Under the pieces are notes generated by a model. The model saw nothing but the letters and a program-made list of their open reading frames with translations, searched no databases and was not told the DNA's origin. From NCBI GenBank assembly GCA_965652295.1, contig CBFGTS010000011.1, positions 64,001 to 128,000 of the forward strand: a DNA stretch of 64,000 nucleotides, read 5' to 3'. Position numbers and translations under genes: made by a program. Position 1 is the first letter of the stretch. Every line of letters starts with the position of its first letter. This stretch comes from an uncultured Haloferula sp. (GTDB lineage Bacteria; Verrucomicrobiota; Verrucomicrobiia; Verrucomicrobiales; Akkermansiaceae). Shown here one piece after another: positions 9,552 to 19,085 of this stretch.

Positions 9552-10961
9552 TCAGGATTCGCGAGTGCGGAAATCGCCGCCGAGCGCCAAGTGGAGGTCG
9601 ATGCGGTTGAGCAGGCGTTCGTTACGGAGGCGGATGAGGCTGGCCCGGGCATTGTTGGCGCGGCGCTGGGCTTCCAGTACGTCGAGGATGTCGGAGCCCT
9701 CGATGCCGTCGGCGTAGTCCCGGGTGGACTGCTTTTCCGCCAGCGCGGCTTGCTCGACCTCGGTAATAAGGTATTTTTCCTGCTCGGCGAGCGAGTGATC
9801 GGCATCGAGGGCCGACTCGACTTCACGGAAGGCCTGAAGGGCGGCCTGGTGGTAGTCGTGAACCGCGGCCTGGTTCTGCTCCGCGGCGGCGCGGGCCTGG
9901 TTGCTGAGCGCGCCGCCGGAGTAGAGCGCTTGGGCGAGGTTCGCTCCGATGCTGGCGACGAGCCAGTCGGGGTTGAGGAGGTTGCTGAAAGTGGAGACCG
10001 GCGTGCCGGCGGAGGTGGAGAGGCCGAGAGAGGGCAGCAGGGATTTGCGAGCTGCGTCGGCGCGGCGGGCGCTGGCGAAGATTTCCGCACGGGCGGCGGC
10101 GAGGTCGGGGCGGCGCTCCAGCAACTCGGACGGCAGCCCGGCAGGGACGCGCCGGCTCAGATCCGGCAGTTCGCGGCCGGCTCTGGATTTGCCGGAGGGA
10201 TAGGTGCCGGTGAGTAGCTCGAGCGTGCGCGCGGCTTCGTCGCGGGCGAGCCGGCGGCTTTCGAGATCGCGGCGGGCGGAAGCCACGTTGGTGCGGCCGA
10301 ACTGGACGTCGAGCGCACCTTGGCCGGTGCCCTTGTAGTTGCGCTCGCTGATGCGCAGGTTCCGTTCGAAGGAATCGAGCGTGACCCGGGCGAGTTCCAG
10401 CTGTTGCTCGGCGGCGATCAGGTTGCACCACGCGCGGGCGGTGGCGGCGGCGAGGGAAAGACGGGCCCCGCGGAAAAGCGCGCGGGTCGAGAAATAGTCG
10501 GCATCGTCCGCGGCATTGAGGTCGCGCAGGCGGCCCCAGAGGTCGGCTTCCCATGACGCGGAGACGGTCAGACCGTAGCTTTCCGAGCTGCTGGCCGGTG
10601 CCCGACCGTTTTCGGCCCGGCTGAGATTTCCGGACGACCCGAGCGCCGCTTGCGGGAGCACGCGCGACCGGCCGGCGAGACGGACGTATTTCGCGGAGCG
10701 CATGCGTGCGGCGGCGGCGGCGAGGTCCTGGTTGTGGGCGATCGCGGCATGAACGGTACGTTCCATGTCACGGTCGCCGAAGGTATCGATCCAACTCGTG
10801 CTGATGCGGCCGTCATTGCCTTGCCCGGCGCTGCTCCATGAGGCGGGCGAGGCCACCGCCGAGGCGCTGACGGGGGCCCGGAATGTCCATGAGGAACAGC
10901 CTGTGACGAGGAAGATGAGGAGGCTCAGGATGCCGGGATAACTTCGTGAATTCCGTTGCAT
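9552..10961 (-). CDS. Outer membrane efflux lipoprotein (NodT/TolC family)
   Basis: Lipobox VTGC; ASWEADLWGR, LPSELLERRPDL, LHLALGG motifs. Confidence 0.92.
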   Translation of the reverse strand: MQRNSRSYPGILSLLIFLVTGCSSWTFRAPVSASAVASPASWSSAGQGNDGRISTSWIDTFGDRDMERTVHAAIAHNQDLAAAAARMRSAKYVRLAGRSRVLPQAALGSSGNLSRAENGRAPASSSESYGLTVSASWEADLWGRLRDLNAADDADYFSTRALFRGARLSLAAATARAWCNLIAAEQQLELARVTLDSFERNLRISERNYKGTGQGALDVQFGRTNVASARRDLESRRLARDEAARTLELLTGTYPSGKSRAGRELPDLSRRVPAGLPSELLERRPDLAAARAEIFASARRADAARKSLLPSLGLSTSAGTPVSTFSNLLNPDWLVASIGANLAQALYSGGALSNQARAAAEQNQAAVHDYHQAALQAFREVESALDADHSLAEQEKYLITEVEQAALAEKQSTRDYADGIEGSDILDVLEAQRRANNARASLIRLRNERLLNRIDLHLALGGDFRTRES

Positions 10962-10993
10962 TTGGAAACGATCAATGTTGAAAGTCGCCGCGC

Positions 10994-11716
10994 GTGACCA
11001 GCAACCGAAAGTTCCTTACGTGGATGGCTTGCCTGCTATTTCTTGGCAAGGGTGGAGGGCTTCTGGTTGCAGCGGAAACGGACAAGCCGGAACCTCCCCC
11101 GGCCGCGGAAGTCGCGGCGGAGGATGAGAAAAAGGAGGAGTCGAAGGAGAAGCCGGACGAGGAGGAAACATCCGATAAGTCCGATAAATCCGATGAGTCG
11201 GAGGTGGAGGAGATCGACGTCGTCGAGGAGGAACGTCGTGAGGAAGAGGCCGCTGTGGCGCGTCCGGTGAACGGCGATCCGGTTCAGATTTACGGCTGGC
11301 GTGAGTGGGTGGTGTTGGAGAATGACAACGAATCCGAGAAGTTTCCCGCCAAGCTCGACACCGGTGCCCTCACCAGTTCGCTGCATTGCGAGGACAAGAC
11401 GCTTTTCGAGAGGGACGGGCGCAAATGGGTCCGCTTCATTGTCACCAACCCGCGCAATGAGAAGTCGAAGCGGCTTCAGATGGAGGCACCTCTGGTGCGT
11501 ATCGCCCACATCAAGGAGCCCGCGGGAGAATCGGAAGCACGCGAAACGGTGATGCTCCGCTTCAAAATCGGCGAGCGAAGCCTCAAGGCCGAGTTCACGT
11601 TGAACAACCGCTCCAACATGCTCAGCCCCGTGTTGATCGGCCGCAAGACCATCAAGGAGCTCGGGTGGGTCGATCCCAGCCGCGCTTACCTTGCGGACAA
11701 GAAGGTGCTGCGCTAA
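10994..11716 (+). CDS. Secreted retropepsin-like aspartic peptidase (RimK-associated 'ATP-dependent Zn protease' family, RloA-like)
   Basis: YGWREWV, AKLDTGALTSSLH (DTG catalytic motif), NRSNMLSPVLIGR; signal peptide and acidic linker. Confidence 0.85.
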   Translation: MTSNRKFLTWMACLLFLGKGGGLLVAAETDKPEPPPAAEVAAEDEKKEESKEKPDEEETSDKSDKSDESEVEEIDVVEEERREEEAAVARPVNGDPVQIYGWREWVVLENDNESEKFPAKLDTGALTSSLHCEDKTLFERDGRKWVRFIVTNPRNEKSKRLQMEAPLVRIAHIKEPAGESEARETVMLRFKIGERSLKAEFTLNNRSNMLSPVLIGRKTIKELGWVDPSRAYLADKKVLR

Positions 11717-11770
11717 CCCTTGGTTCAAGCCGCGGCCCGGCCCCTTGCCGGACCGTTTCCTGGTCTCCCC

Positions 11771-13312
11771 ATGAGAGCCCGATTCAAACTTCTCGCCATC
11801 GTCCTGATCCTTGCGCTGCTGGGCGGAGGCCTCGCGGCTTACAAGCACACCGTCATCGGCATCCCCTTCAAAGCCGGCGAGAACCCGGCGGAGTGGCTGG
11901 TCGAAGCGAAGGTCACGTTCGCGGCCTTCGGCGATCCGGTCGTGGTCAAACTCTCGCTTCCGCCCGCGGATATCACGAGGGACCTGGGGATCGACGCCCA
12001 GTCCTCTGGCTACAGTTTCCGCACCGAGGCGGACGAGCAGGGCGACCTGACGGGGATCTGGGAGTCGGACTCGCCGGAGGGTCCGCAATCGCTCTACTAT
12101 CGCGTTCGTTTTCCGAGTTCCGGCATCAACAGCGCCGGGCCGGTTTCCGCCGTAGGTGAGGCTCCTCGGGCGATCGATCCCGGGATGCCGGGCAGTCGCC
12201 GCGCGGCGGCGGAGAGTGTGATCCGTCGTGTCAGTGAGTTTTCTTCCACCGCTGACTCGCGCTTTGTCGGGATCTTCCGGGAAATCACGGCCATCGAGGC
12301 CTCGCAGGAGATCGCGCTGTTGAAGCGGGCTTACGCCGAGGGCGATGGCCGCCGCGGGCTGATCAGCCTCGGCATTGACCTGCTCAATCTTGCCGGCATT
12401 CCCGCACGGCTTGCCTACGGTGTGCGGTTGGAGGAGATGCGGGGTTCCCAAGAGGTGCTGCTCCTGGTCGAGTATTTTGACGGGGTGCACTGGAAGGTGC
12501 GCAATCCCGACGCCCCCTCAGATCAGCTCCGGCCGCACGAGGTCTTCGTCTGGAACCGTGGCGGTGACGCCCTGTTCGAGGTGAACGAAGGCGCGGAGAA
12601 CTCGAGCCTGGTTTTCACCGCGGTGCGCGACCCGATCCCGATGGAGCGGCTGACGGATCTCAGCGATTCCAGTCTCATGGTTTCGACGATTCTGGCGCTG
12701 CCGGCTTCCGAGCGGCAGGTGTTCCGGTTCGTCGTGCTGATCCCGATCGGCGCCTTCGTGGTGGTGCTTTTGCGGAACATCGTCGGCATCGCCACACTGG
12801 GCACCTTCATGCCCGTTCTGTTGGCGCTTTCGCTGCTGGAGATGCCCCTGCGCAGCGGTCTCATCATGTTCGTGGTGATCATTACCGCGGGCCTCTGGTT
12901 CCGGTTCCTGCTTTCGCGGCTGAACCTGCTGGTGGTGCCACGGGTGGCGGCGTGTGTGGTGATCGTGACCCTGCTGATGATGCTCCTCAGCGTGATCAGC
13001 TGGAAGCTGGGCATGCGCGACGGTCTGAAGATCACGCTCTTTCCGATGATCATTCTCGCCTGGACGATCGAGCGCATGTCGTTGATCTGGGAGGAGGAGG
13101 GGAAACGCAGCGCGTTGTTGCAGGTGACCGGCTCGCTGTTTGTCGCCGTGGTGGCGTTCTCCGTGATGGAGCAAAGGCAGATCCGCTACTGGGCGTTTTA
13201 CTTCCCCGAGCTGCTGTTGGTATTGCTCGCAGGGATCATCCTCATCGGCCGCTACACCGGATACCGGTTCAGCGAGCTGATGCGCTTCAAGAATTTCGAG
13301 CCGGCAGCATGA
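11771..13312 (+). CDS. Inactive transglutaminase-like plus 7TM membrane protein (RloB-like)
   Basis: LAGIPARLAYG transglutaminase-like segment; RNIVGIATLGTFMPVL, FPMIILAWTIER, GRYTGYRFSELMRF 7TM motifs. Confidence 0.85.
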   Translation: MRARFKLLAIVLILALLGGGLAAYKHTVIGIPFKAGENPAEWLVEAKVTFAAFGDPVVVKLSLPPADITRDLGIDAQSSGYSFRTEADEQGDLTGIWESDSPEGPQSLYYRVRFPSSGINSAGPVSAVGEAPRAIDPGMPGSRRAAAESVIRRVSEFSSTADSRFVGIFREITAIEASQEIALLKRAYAEGDGRRGLISLGIDLLNLAGIPARLAYGVRLEEMRGSQEVLLLVEYFDGVHWKVRNPDAPSDQLRPHEVFVWNRGGDALFEVNEGAENSSLVFTAVRDPIPMERLTDLSDSSLMVSTILALPASERQVFRFVVLIPIGAFVVVLLRNIVGIATLGTFMPVLLALSLLEMPLRSGLIMFVVIITAGLWFRFLLSRLNLLVVPRVAACVVIVTLLMMLLSVISWKLGMRDGLKITLFPMIILAWTIERMSLIWEEEGKRSALLQVTGSLFVAVVAFSVMEQRQIRYWAFYFPELLLVLLAGIILIGRYTGYRFSELMRFKNFEPAA

Positions 13313-14289
13313 AGCGTTGGTGGCACCGCTGGATGCGCACGCCCTCCGAGCTGAGGGAAATGGGCGTCGTGGGCATCAACATGCGCAACGCCCGCTATGT
13401 GCTGCCGAACAATTCGCGACGGCTCTACGACCTGGTGGACAACAAGGTGCGGACGAAGTCGCTGGCGGTGGAGCGGGGCATTGCCGTGCCGGAGACCTAC
13501 GGCGTGGTGCGCGATCCGGGCGACGTGCGAAATTTCGAGCGGCTGCTGGATGGGCGGGAATCTTTCGTGGTCAAGCCGACCCGTGGCTCGGGCGGCAAGG
13601 GCGTGTTGGTCGTAGCGGGCCGCGAGGATGGAATGTACTACAAACCTAGTGGTGCCAGGCTTTCATCGGCCGAGGTGCGCCATCACTTGCAGAACATCCT
13701 GGCCGGGCTCTACAGCCTCGGCGGCAAGCGCGACACCGCCCTGGTCGAATACAAGGTGGTGGCGGAGCCTCTGATGACCTCCATCAGCTTTCAGGGTGCG
13801 CCGGATATCCGCATCGTCCTTTTCCATGGCTACCCGGTGCTTGCCATGCTGCGCGCCTCGACCCGCGAGTCGGACGGACGCTCGAATCTCCACCAGGGAG
13901 CGCTGGGCATCGGGGTCGATATCGTGACCGGCCGGACGGTCCATGCGGTCCACCACGGGCGGGCGGTGGAAAAGCATCCGGACCTGAAGGTGCCGGTGGT
14001 GGGCGTGCAGGTTCCCGAGTGGGACCGGATCCTGGAAATCGCCGTGACCTGTTATGAAATGACGGGCCTGGGTTATCTTGGCGTGGATTTGATGATCGAT
14101 GAGACCAAGGGCCCGCTGATGATCGAGGTGAACGCCCGCCCGGGTCTGGCGATCCAGCTCGCCAACGGGGTGGGCCTGCTCAAGCGCCTGGAACCGATTT
14201 CCGCCCGTGTGAAGAGCCATCCGAAAGAGACGCCGGAGCGCAGGATCGCCTTTTCGAAGAAAAGCTTTGCCCGTGCCGCCGCTGAGTGA
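13309..14289 (+). CDS. Alpha-L-glutamate ligase-like ATP-grasp protein (RimK-like, RloC-like)
   Basis: GINMRN, VDNKVRTK, VVKPTRGSGGKG, SDGRSNLHQG, IEVNARPGLAIQLANG. ATGA overlap with the upstream gene. Confidence 0.9.
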   Translation: MKRWWHRWMRTPSELREMGVVGINMRNARYVLPNNSRRLYDLVDNKVRTKSLAVERGIAVPETYGVVRDPGDVRNFERLLDGRESFVVKPTRGSGGKGVLVVAGREDGMYYKPSGARLSSAEVRHHLQNILAGLYSLGGKRDTALVEYKVVAEPLMTSISFQGAPDIRIVLFHGYPVLAMLRASTRESDGRSNLHQGALGIGVDIVTGRTVHAVHHGRAVEKHPDLKVPVVGVQVPEWDRILEIAVTCYEMTGLGYLGVDLMIDETKGPLMIEVNARPGLAIQLANGVGLLKRLEPISARVKSHPKETPERRIAFSKKSFARAAAE

Positions 14290-14302
14290 GGGAGTCAACG
14301 GT

Positions 14303-14983
14303 ATGATCGAAGCAACCAACCTTCACCGCAGCTACCGCATCGGCGCGAAGTCGATCGAGGTGCTGCACGGCGTGGACCTCCACCTGCGCAAAGGCGAGTG
14401 CGTGTTTCTGTGCGGACCGAGCGGCGCGGGAAAAACGACGCTACTCTACACCCTCGCGGGCTTGGAAAGGCCGCAGCAGGGGTCGGTGCGGATCGCGGGA
14501 ACCGATCTTTACGCCCTCGGCGGGCGCAAGCAGGCGGCCTTCCGCAACCGCCACATCGGTTACGTTTTCCAGAATTACCTGCTGCTTCCGGAGCTGACCG
14601 CGCTGGAGAACGTGATGGTCCCGGGGGCGATCGGGGGGGCGGACACCCGTGGGGAGGCGATGCAGGCCCTGGAAAAGGTGGGATTGGTCGAGCGGGCGGA
14701 TCACCTGCCGGCGGAACTGTCCGGCGGGGAGCAGCAGCGGGTGGCCATCGCGCGCGCGATCAGCGCCCGGCCATCGGTGCTCTTCGCGGATGAACCCACT
14801 GGCAATCTCGACACCCGAAACAGCGAGGAGGTGATGGCACTGCTCACCGGTCTCGCGCGGGAGAGTGGAACTACCCTGGTGGTGGTGACGCATAACCCGG
14901 CGCTCTCAAGTCGCGGCGACCGCACCCTGTGGATGTGCGACGGAACGTTCAGCGAGCGGCTGCCTGCGGAAATGGCACCCTGA
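14303..14983 (+). CDS. ABC transporter ATP-binding protein, LolD/MacB-like
   Basis: GPSGAGKTT, LSGGEQQRVAIARA, FADEPTGNLD. Confidence 0.88.
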   Translation: MIEATNLHRSYRIGAKSIEVLHGVDLHLRKGECVFLCGPSGAGKTTLLYTLAGLERPQQGSVRIAGTDLYALGGRKQAAFRNRHIGYVFQNYLLLPELTALENVMVPGAIGGADTRGEAMQALEKVGLVERADHLPAELSGGEQQRVAIARAISARPSVLFADEPTGNLDTRNSEEVMALLTGLARESGTTLVVVTHNPALSSRGDRTLWMCDGTFSERLPAEMAP

Positions 14984-15096
14984 CAAAGGGCGGGCTGCAC
15001 CATCGACATCGCGGATTGCATGCCCCGGCCGGACTCCGCGGGTCGGGCGATATTCGTAATGCGCTGGCTTCAAGCTAATTATGTTCAGGTTGCCGA

Positions 15097-15112
15097 CGGA
15101 ATGCCGTGTGCA
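15097..15112 (+). promoter_or_regulatory. Weak sigma54 -24/-12 motif upstream of the DUF2383 gene
   Basis: CGGAATG-CCGT-GTGCA; correct GG-N10-GC spacing but several mismatches to consensus. Confidence 0.35.
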
Positions 15113-15164
15113 TGGGAAAAGGAGCCGGCGTATTCGAGCCGGATTTGAACCCCTCTTTACCAAT

Positions 15165-15605
15165 ATGAGCACGACCATCCAAAAAGACTGTATCGACGTT
15201 TGCAACCGCCTCCTCCGTGGCGAGATCTCGGCGGTGGAAACCTACGCCCAGGCCATCGAACGATTCGAAGGCGAGCCGGAGGTGACTGTCCTGCGCCGCA
15301 TCCAGGACGAGCACCGCGCGAGCGTCGCCAAGCTGAAGGCCCACGTGATTTCCATGGGCGGTCAGCCCGACAGCGACTCCGGCGCATGGGGCAATTTCGC
15401 CAAAGGCGTCGAGGGAGCAGCCAAGCTGTTCGGCGAGAAATCCGCCGTCTCCGCTCTGAAGCAGGGCGAGGAATTCGGGATCGGCCTCTATGAGTCGGCG
15501 CTGAACGACGAGGACGTCCTCCCCGACGCCAAGACGATGATCACGACGGATCTGCTTCCGCGTCTGCGGACCCACCTGAGCAGCCTTTCCGCCATCGGAG
15601 CGTGA
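15165..15605 (+). CDS. DUF2383 / PA2169-family ferritin-like four-helix bundle protein
   Basis: NRLLRGEISAVETYAQAIE, DSGAWGNFAK, LKQGEEFGIGLYESAL. Confidence 0.85.
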   Translation: MSTTIQKDCIDVCNRLLRGEISAVETYAQAIERFEGEPEVTVLRRIQDEHRASVAKLKAHVISMGGQPDSDSGAWGNFAKGVEGAAKLFGEKSAVSALKQGEEFGIGLYESALNDEDVLPDAKTMITTDLLPRLRTHLSSLSAIGA

Positions 15606-15706
15606 AGCCGGACATTCGATAGCTGCGTCTCCTGCGACGGTCTTCCGGGGCCGTCGCTTTCTTTTGAAGGTGGCGGCGAAGGGTTTTCGCGGCATGTTAG
15701 GGAACG

Positions 15707-17137
15707 ATGTCGCGGATACGGATACCAGTTGCCGGTTTGGTCCTGTTGTTGAGTTCCTGCGGAGCTTCGCTGCGGATGGCGGGGCTGCGCGAAGCCGGAG
15801 AAGCGGCGAGCCATCCTATCAGCGGATATGGCGAGGTGGCGGGGACCATGGGCCGCGCTTATGTGACGGCTGCCTTCCGCTCGCCCGTCAACTACACGGT
15901 GACCGGTCTGGCGATGGCCCTTCGCCGACCCGCCGAGGTGGTCAGCGGCAACCTGCCGGCCGAGGCGCTTTTCGGCGACACGCCGCCGGCTGCGCCGGGC
16001 ACGCTGGAGTTCGAGAAATGGCTGACTGCGGAGGGAATGCCCGAGCCGGTGGAGGGAAAACTTGAGCTGCTGATCGATGGCGACGAGTTCTTTTCCGCTC
16101 TCGATCGCGAGATGGACAAGGCGCGGGAATCGATCGATATCCAGACCTTCATTTTCGACAACGACGACTTCGCGGTCGCCTTCGCGGAAGACCTGAAGCG
16201 GCGTGTGGACGAGGTGGAGATCCGGGTGATGTATGACGATCTGGGCACGGCGCTTTCCTCCACGGTGGCACCGGATACCCCGGCCCCCGAAGGATTCGCG
16301 GCACCCCCGACGATCGCCAGAGTGCTGAAACGAAGCCCGGGGAGGGTCGAGGTGCGCCGGACCCTCAACCCGTGGCTGGTGGCGGATCACACCAAACTCT
16401 ATCAGTTTGATGGAGGTGTCGCGTTTGTAGGCGGGATGAACATCGGCCGCGAGTATCGGTCCGAGTGGCACGACATGATGGTGCGGGTCACCGGGCCGGT
16501 GACGGAGGTCCTGGCCCACGACTTCCAAGCGCGGTGGCGTGCGTGCTGGTTCCCTGGACGGCTCCCGGGAGCGGCGAACATGAAAACCCCTCCGCCGCCG
16601 GCCCGCGACGAATTGTGCGGCGTGCGGGTGCTGAGGACGGATGTGGTCGAAAACCGTTTCGAAGTGCTGTCGTCAGCGGTGGCGGCGATCCGCGCGGCGA
16701 AGGAACGGGTGTGGATGGAAACCCCTTACTTTTCGAGCGATACGATCGAGCGCGAGCTGATCGCCGCGGCGCGGCGCGGTGTGGATGTGCGGGTGATCTT
16801 CCCCGGCACCTCGGACTCGGAGCTGATGAAGATGGCCAACGCCGCGTCCGCGGTGGATCTCAGCGCGGTGGGCGGACGGGTTTATCTGTACAAGGGCATG
16901 ACGCATCTGAAGGCGTTGCTCTGCGACGGCTGGGCGATGGTGGGATCGGCGAACTACGACACCCTTAGTATGGCGATCAACCGCGAGCTGAACGTCTCGA
17001 CCTGTGAGCCCGCGTTCGTGCGCGAGCTGGAGTGGCGCGTGTTCCGCCGGGATTTCCGCGACAGCGAAATGCTCGATACCTCGACGGTCAACGCGGTGCT
17101 TTCCCGGATCGCCGAAGCGGTGGCGGACCAGCTGTGA
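15707..17137 (+). CDS. Phospholipase D / cardiolipin synthase-like protein, probable lipoprotein
   Basis: Two HKD motifs (HTKLYQFD...GGMNIG; HLKALLCD...GSANYD); lipobox LSSC. Confidence 0.88.
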   Translation: MSRIRIPVAGLVLLLSSCGASLRMAGLREAGEAASHPISGYGEVAGTMGRAYVTAAFRSPVNYTVTGLAMALRRPAEVVSGNLPAEALFGDTPPAAPGTLEFEKWLTAEGMPEPVEGKLELLIDGDEFFSALDREMDKARESIDIQTFIFDNDDFAVAFAEDLKRRVDEVEIRVMYDDLGTALSSTVAPDTPAPEGFAAPPTIARVLKRSPGRVEVRRTLNPWLVADHTKLYQFDGGVAFVGGMNIGREYRSEWHDMMVRVTGPVTEVLAHDFQARWRACWFPGRLPGAANMKTPPPPARDELCGVRVLRTDVVENRFEVLSSAVAAIRAAKERVWMETPYFSSDTIERELIAAARRGVDVRVIFPGTSDSELMKMANAASAVDLSAVGGRVYLYKGMTHLKALLCDGWAMVGSANYDTLSMAINRELNVSTCEPAFVRELEWRVFRRDFRDSEMLDTSTVNAVLSRIAEAVADQL

Positions 17138-18208
17138 TCAGGCCAGCATTCTCTCCACCGCCCAGATGAGGCCGACGACCGCGATCGTCAGCGAGCCGCC
17201 CCGGCGGAGGTGGTCGAAATGGTGCTTTTTCCACCAGCCGAAGCAGGCCAGGGCGACCGCGAGCACCGCGACCTGACCGGCCTCGACGCCGAGGTTGAAG
17301 CCGACGATGCCGCTGAGGAGCACCTCCGGCCGACCCGGTGGGAGGAGCGGTGCCAGCATACCGGCGAAGCCGAGACCGTGGATCAAGCCGAAGACGGCGA
17401 TGGTGGTGTAGCGCACGGCCCCGAGGCGGCGTTTGCCGAAGTTCTCGATCGCGATCCAGGTGATGCTCAGCGCGATCAGCACTTCCACCGGCTTTGACGG
17501 CAGGTGCACCCATCCGAGCGCGGCGAAGATCAGGGTGGCGGAGTGGGCGAGGGTGAAGGTGAGGCTCTGCTTGAGCAGAGGCCGCCAGTTGGGCGAGAGG
17601 AGAAAAATGCCGAGGATGAACAGGATGTGGTCGAGTCCTTTCGGCACGATGTGGTCCCACCCGATCCGCACCCAGGTGACGAAGCCCGGGCTGCGCTCGA
17701 AGAGCGTTACGGTCTCGCCGCTGATGACCGGAAGGATGTCGTCTTGCGTGGAGAGGATGAGCACCACGCCGAAGGGCTCCTCCCATTTCAGCCGGATGGC
17801 GCCGGGAGGAAAGGGGACTTCCGCGCGCACTTCGATCATCGGCGGCATCTCCGCGAGGCCCTGCGAAACGAAGCGGGGTGGAGAGGATTCGAAGTCGGGA
17901 AAAGTCAGATCCAAAGAGGCCCGGCCGGCCTGGGTTTCGATCGCGATGCAGTCGTTCAGGTAGGCGGTGGCTTCGCGACGGATACGCGCCCATTCCTCAG
18001 GTTCTCGGGTTCTCAACCAGGCGAGGTCGAGCGGCGGCTCGTCTTCATCTCCCCGGAATTCGGGCAAGGCATAGGCCGCATCGAGATAAAAGCGAAAGAC
18101 AACGGAGTCATCGGTCCGCTCCACCTGCCCGCTCATTTCCGCGATCTGATGGGCGGAAGCGGCGAGGACGAGGCCGAGGCAGGAGAGGATTCGGAAAATG
18201 CACTTCAC
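17138..18208 (-). CDS. HupE/UreJ family protein with N-terminal soluble domain
   Basis: GWDHIVPKGLDHILF, TFTLAHSATL, FGLIHGLGFA, GFNLGVEAGQ. Confidence 0.88.
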   Translation of the reverse strand: MKCIFRILSCLGLVLAASAHQIAEMSGQVERTDDSVVFRFYLDAAYALPEFRGDEDEPPLDLAWLRTREPEEWARIRREATAYLNDCIAIETQAGRASLDLTFPDFESSPPRFVSQGLAEMPPMIEVRAEVPFPPGAIRLKWEEPFGVVLILSTQDDILPVISGETVTLFERSPGFVTWVRIGWDHIVPKGLDHILFILGIFLLSPNWRPLLKQSLTFTLAHSATLIFAALGWVHLPSKPVEVLIALSITWIAIENFGKRRLGAVRYTTIAVFGLIHGLGFAGMLAPLLPPGRPEVLLSGIVGFNLGVEAGQVAVLAVALACFGWWKKHHFDHLRRGGSLTIAVVGLIWAVERMLA

Positions 18209-18250
18209 CGGCGGCAGCGTAGCGGCCGGATTCGTGAGGTCGAGCGCGCC

Positions 18251-19000
18251 TCAGCGGCGATAATAACCGATCCTGAAGAAATCGGCCGGTCTGACCTGGG
18301 GACCTACGGACACGGAGCCGCGGGAGCCGATGGCGACCGCACGCGTGAGGATGGGATCGTTGTCCAGAGAGGACTGCCGCCACACCTCGAAGATCGATCC
18401 CGGACGGGCATCGGTCAGCGAAACGTCATCGTCCACTTGCAGCGTGAATTTTGGCGGCGAGGTGAAACTCCACGTTTCCCCCACCGGGCCGGGTGCGGAA
18501 AGGAAGACATACGTATGATACTGCCAGCGGTTCGGGGGAGCGTGACCGACGCCGATGACGACCTCCGAGCGGTAGAAGTCGGTTTTGCCAAAGACATGGT
18601 TCGCATGCGCAGGCGAGCTTCTCCACAGGCTCAAGGCATCGGCGGGTGTCCCGACGACGCTGCCGGCCATGCTCTCGATGTAGTTCTGGTTGGCGGGGAA
18701 GTGGGCCGGAAGCGGATAGCCCTCAGCGATCGCCCGCCCGTTGGCATTCACGCCGTCAGGGTTGGTATGGGAGAAAAACCGGCGTGCCTGCGTGTCGATC
18801 GCGTGCTTGCGGGCCGCATGGCAGAGCCGTGGATCGAGAATCACCTGGGCGCGCTGTTGTTGGGGATCGTTGCGGATCAGGAGGTAAAGTTCGCGCTCCT
18901 TCGCGGTAGGGGCGAAGGCCGCACCTGCGGGCGGGACCGCCGCCTGCGCGGTGCCGATCGCCAGAAGCAGGAACCCCAGATGATTAAGAAACCTCCTCAT
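18251..19000 (-). CDS. Secreted CAP (SCP) domain protein
   Basis: AARKHAIDTQARRFFSHTNPDG, WRSSPAHANHV, IGVG; signal peptide. Confidence 0.82.
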   Translation of the reverse strand: MRRFLNHLGFLLLAIGTAQAAVPPAGAAFAPTAKERELYLLIRNDPQQQRAQVILDPRLCHAARKHAIDTQARRFFSHTNPDGVNANGRAIAEGYPLPAHFPANQNYIESMAGSVVGTPADALSLWRSSPAHANHVFGKTDFYRSEVVIGVGHAPPNRWQYHTYVFLSAPGPVGETWSFTSPPKFTLQVDDDVSLTDARPGSIFEVWRQSSLDNDPILTRAVAIGSRGSVSVGPQVRPADFFRIGYYRR

Positions 19001-19085
19001 CTAAGGAAGCTAGCACTTCCGCCGGACTTCGCTACCGACGGATTCCGGGCTTTTCCCCTCCGGAGGGTGGTGGCATCAAGGGCCC

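Noticed and set aside
8253..10217. 654-aa plus-strand ORF and similar long antisense ORFs (4225-5790, 17504-19093, 24346-25995, 41008-42582, 46676-48388, 59218-61008)
   Set aside because: Shadow frames opposite well-supported genes, expected in high-GC DNA; no recognisable motifs.
11100..11250. Low-complexity repeats (TCCGATAA x2, GAG runs)
   Set aside because: They encode the acidic linker of the peptidase and are not an independent repeat element.
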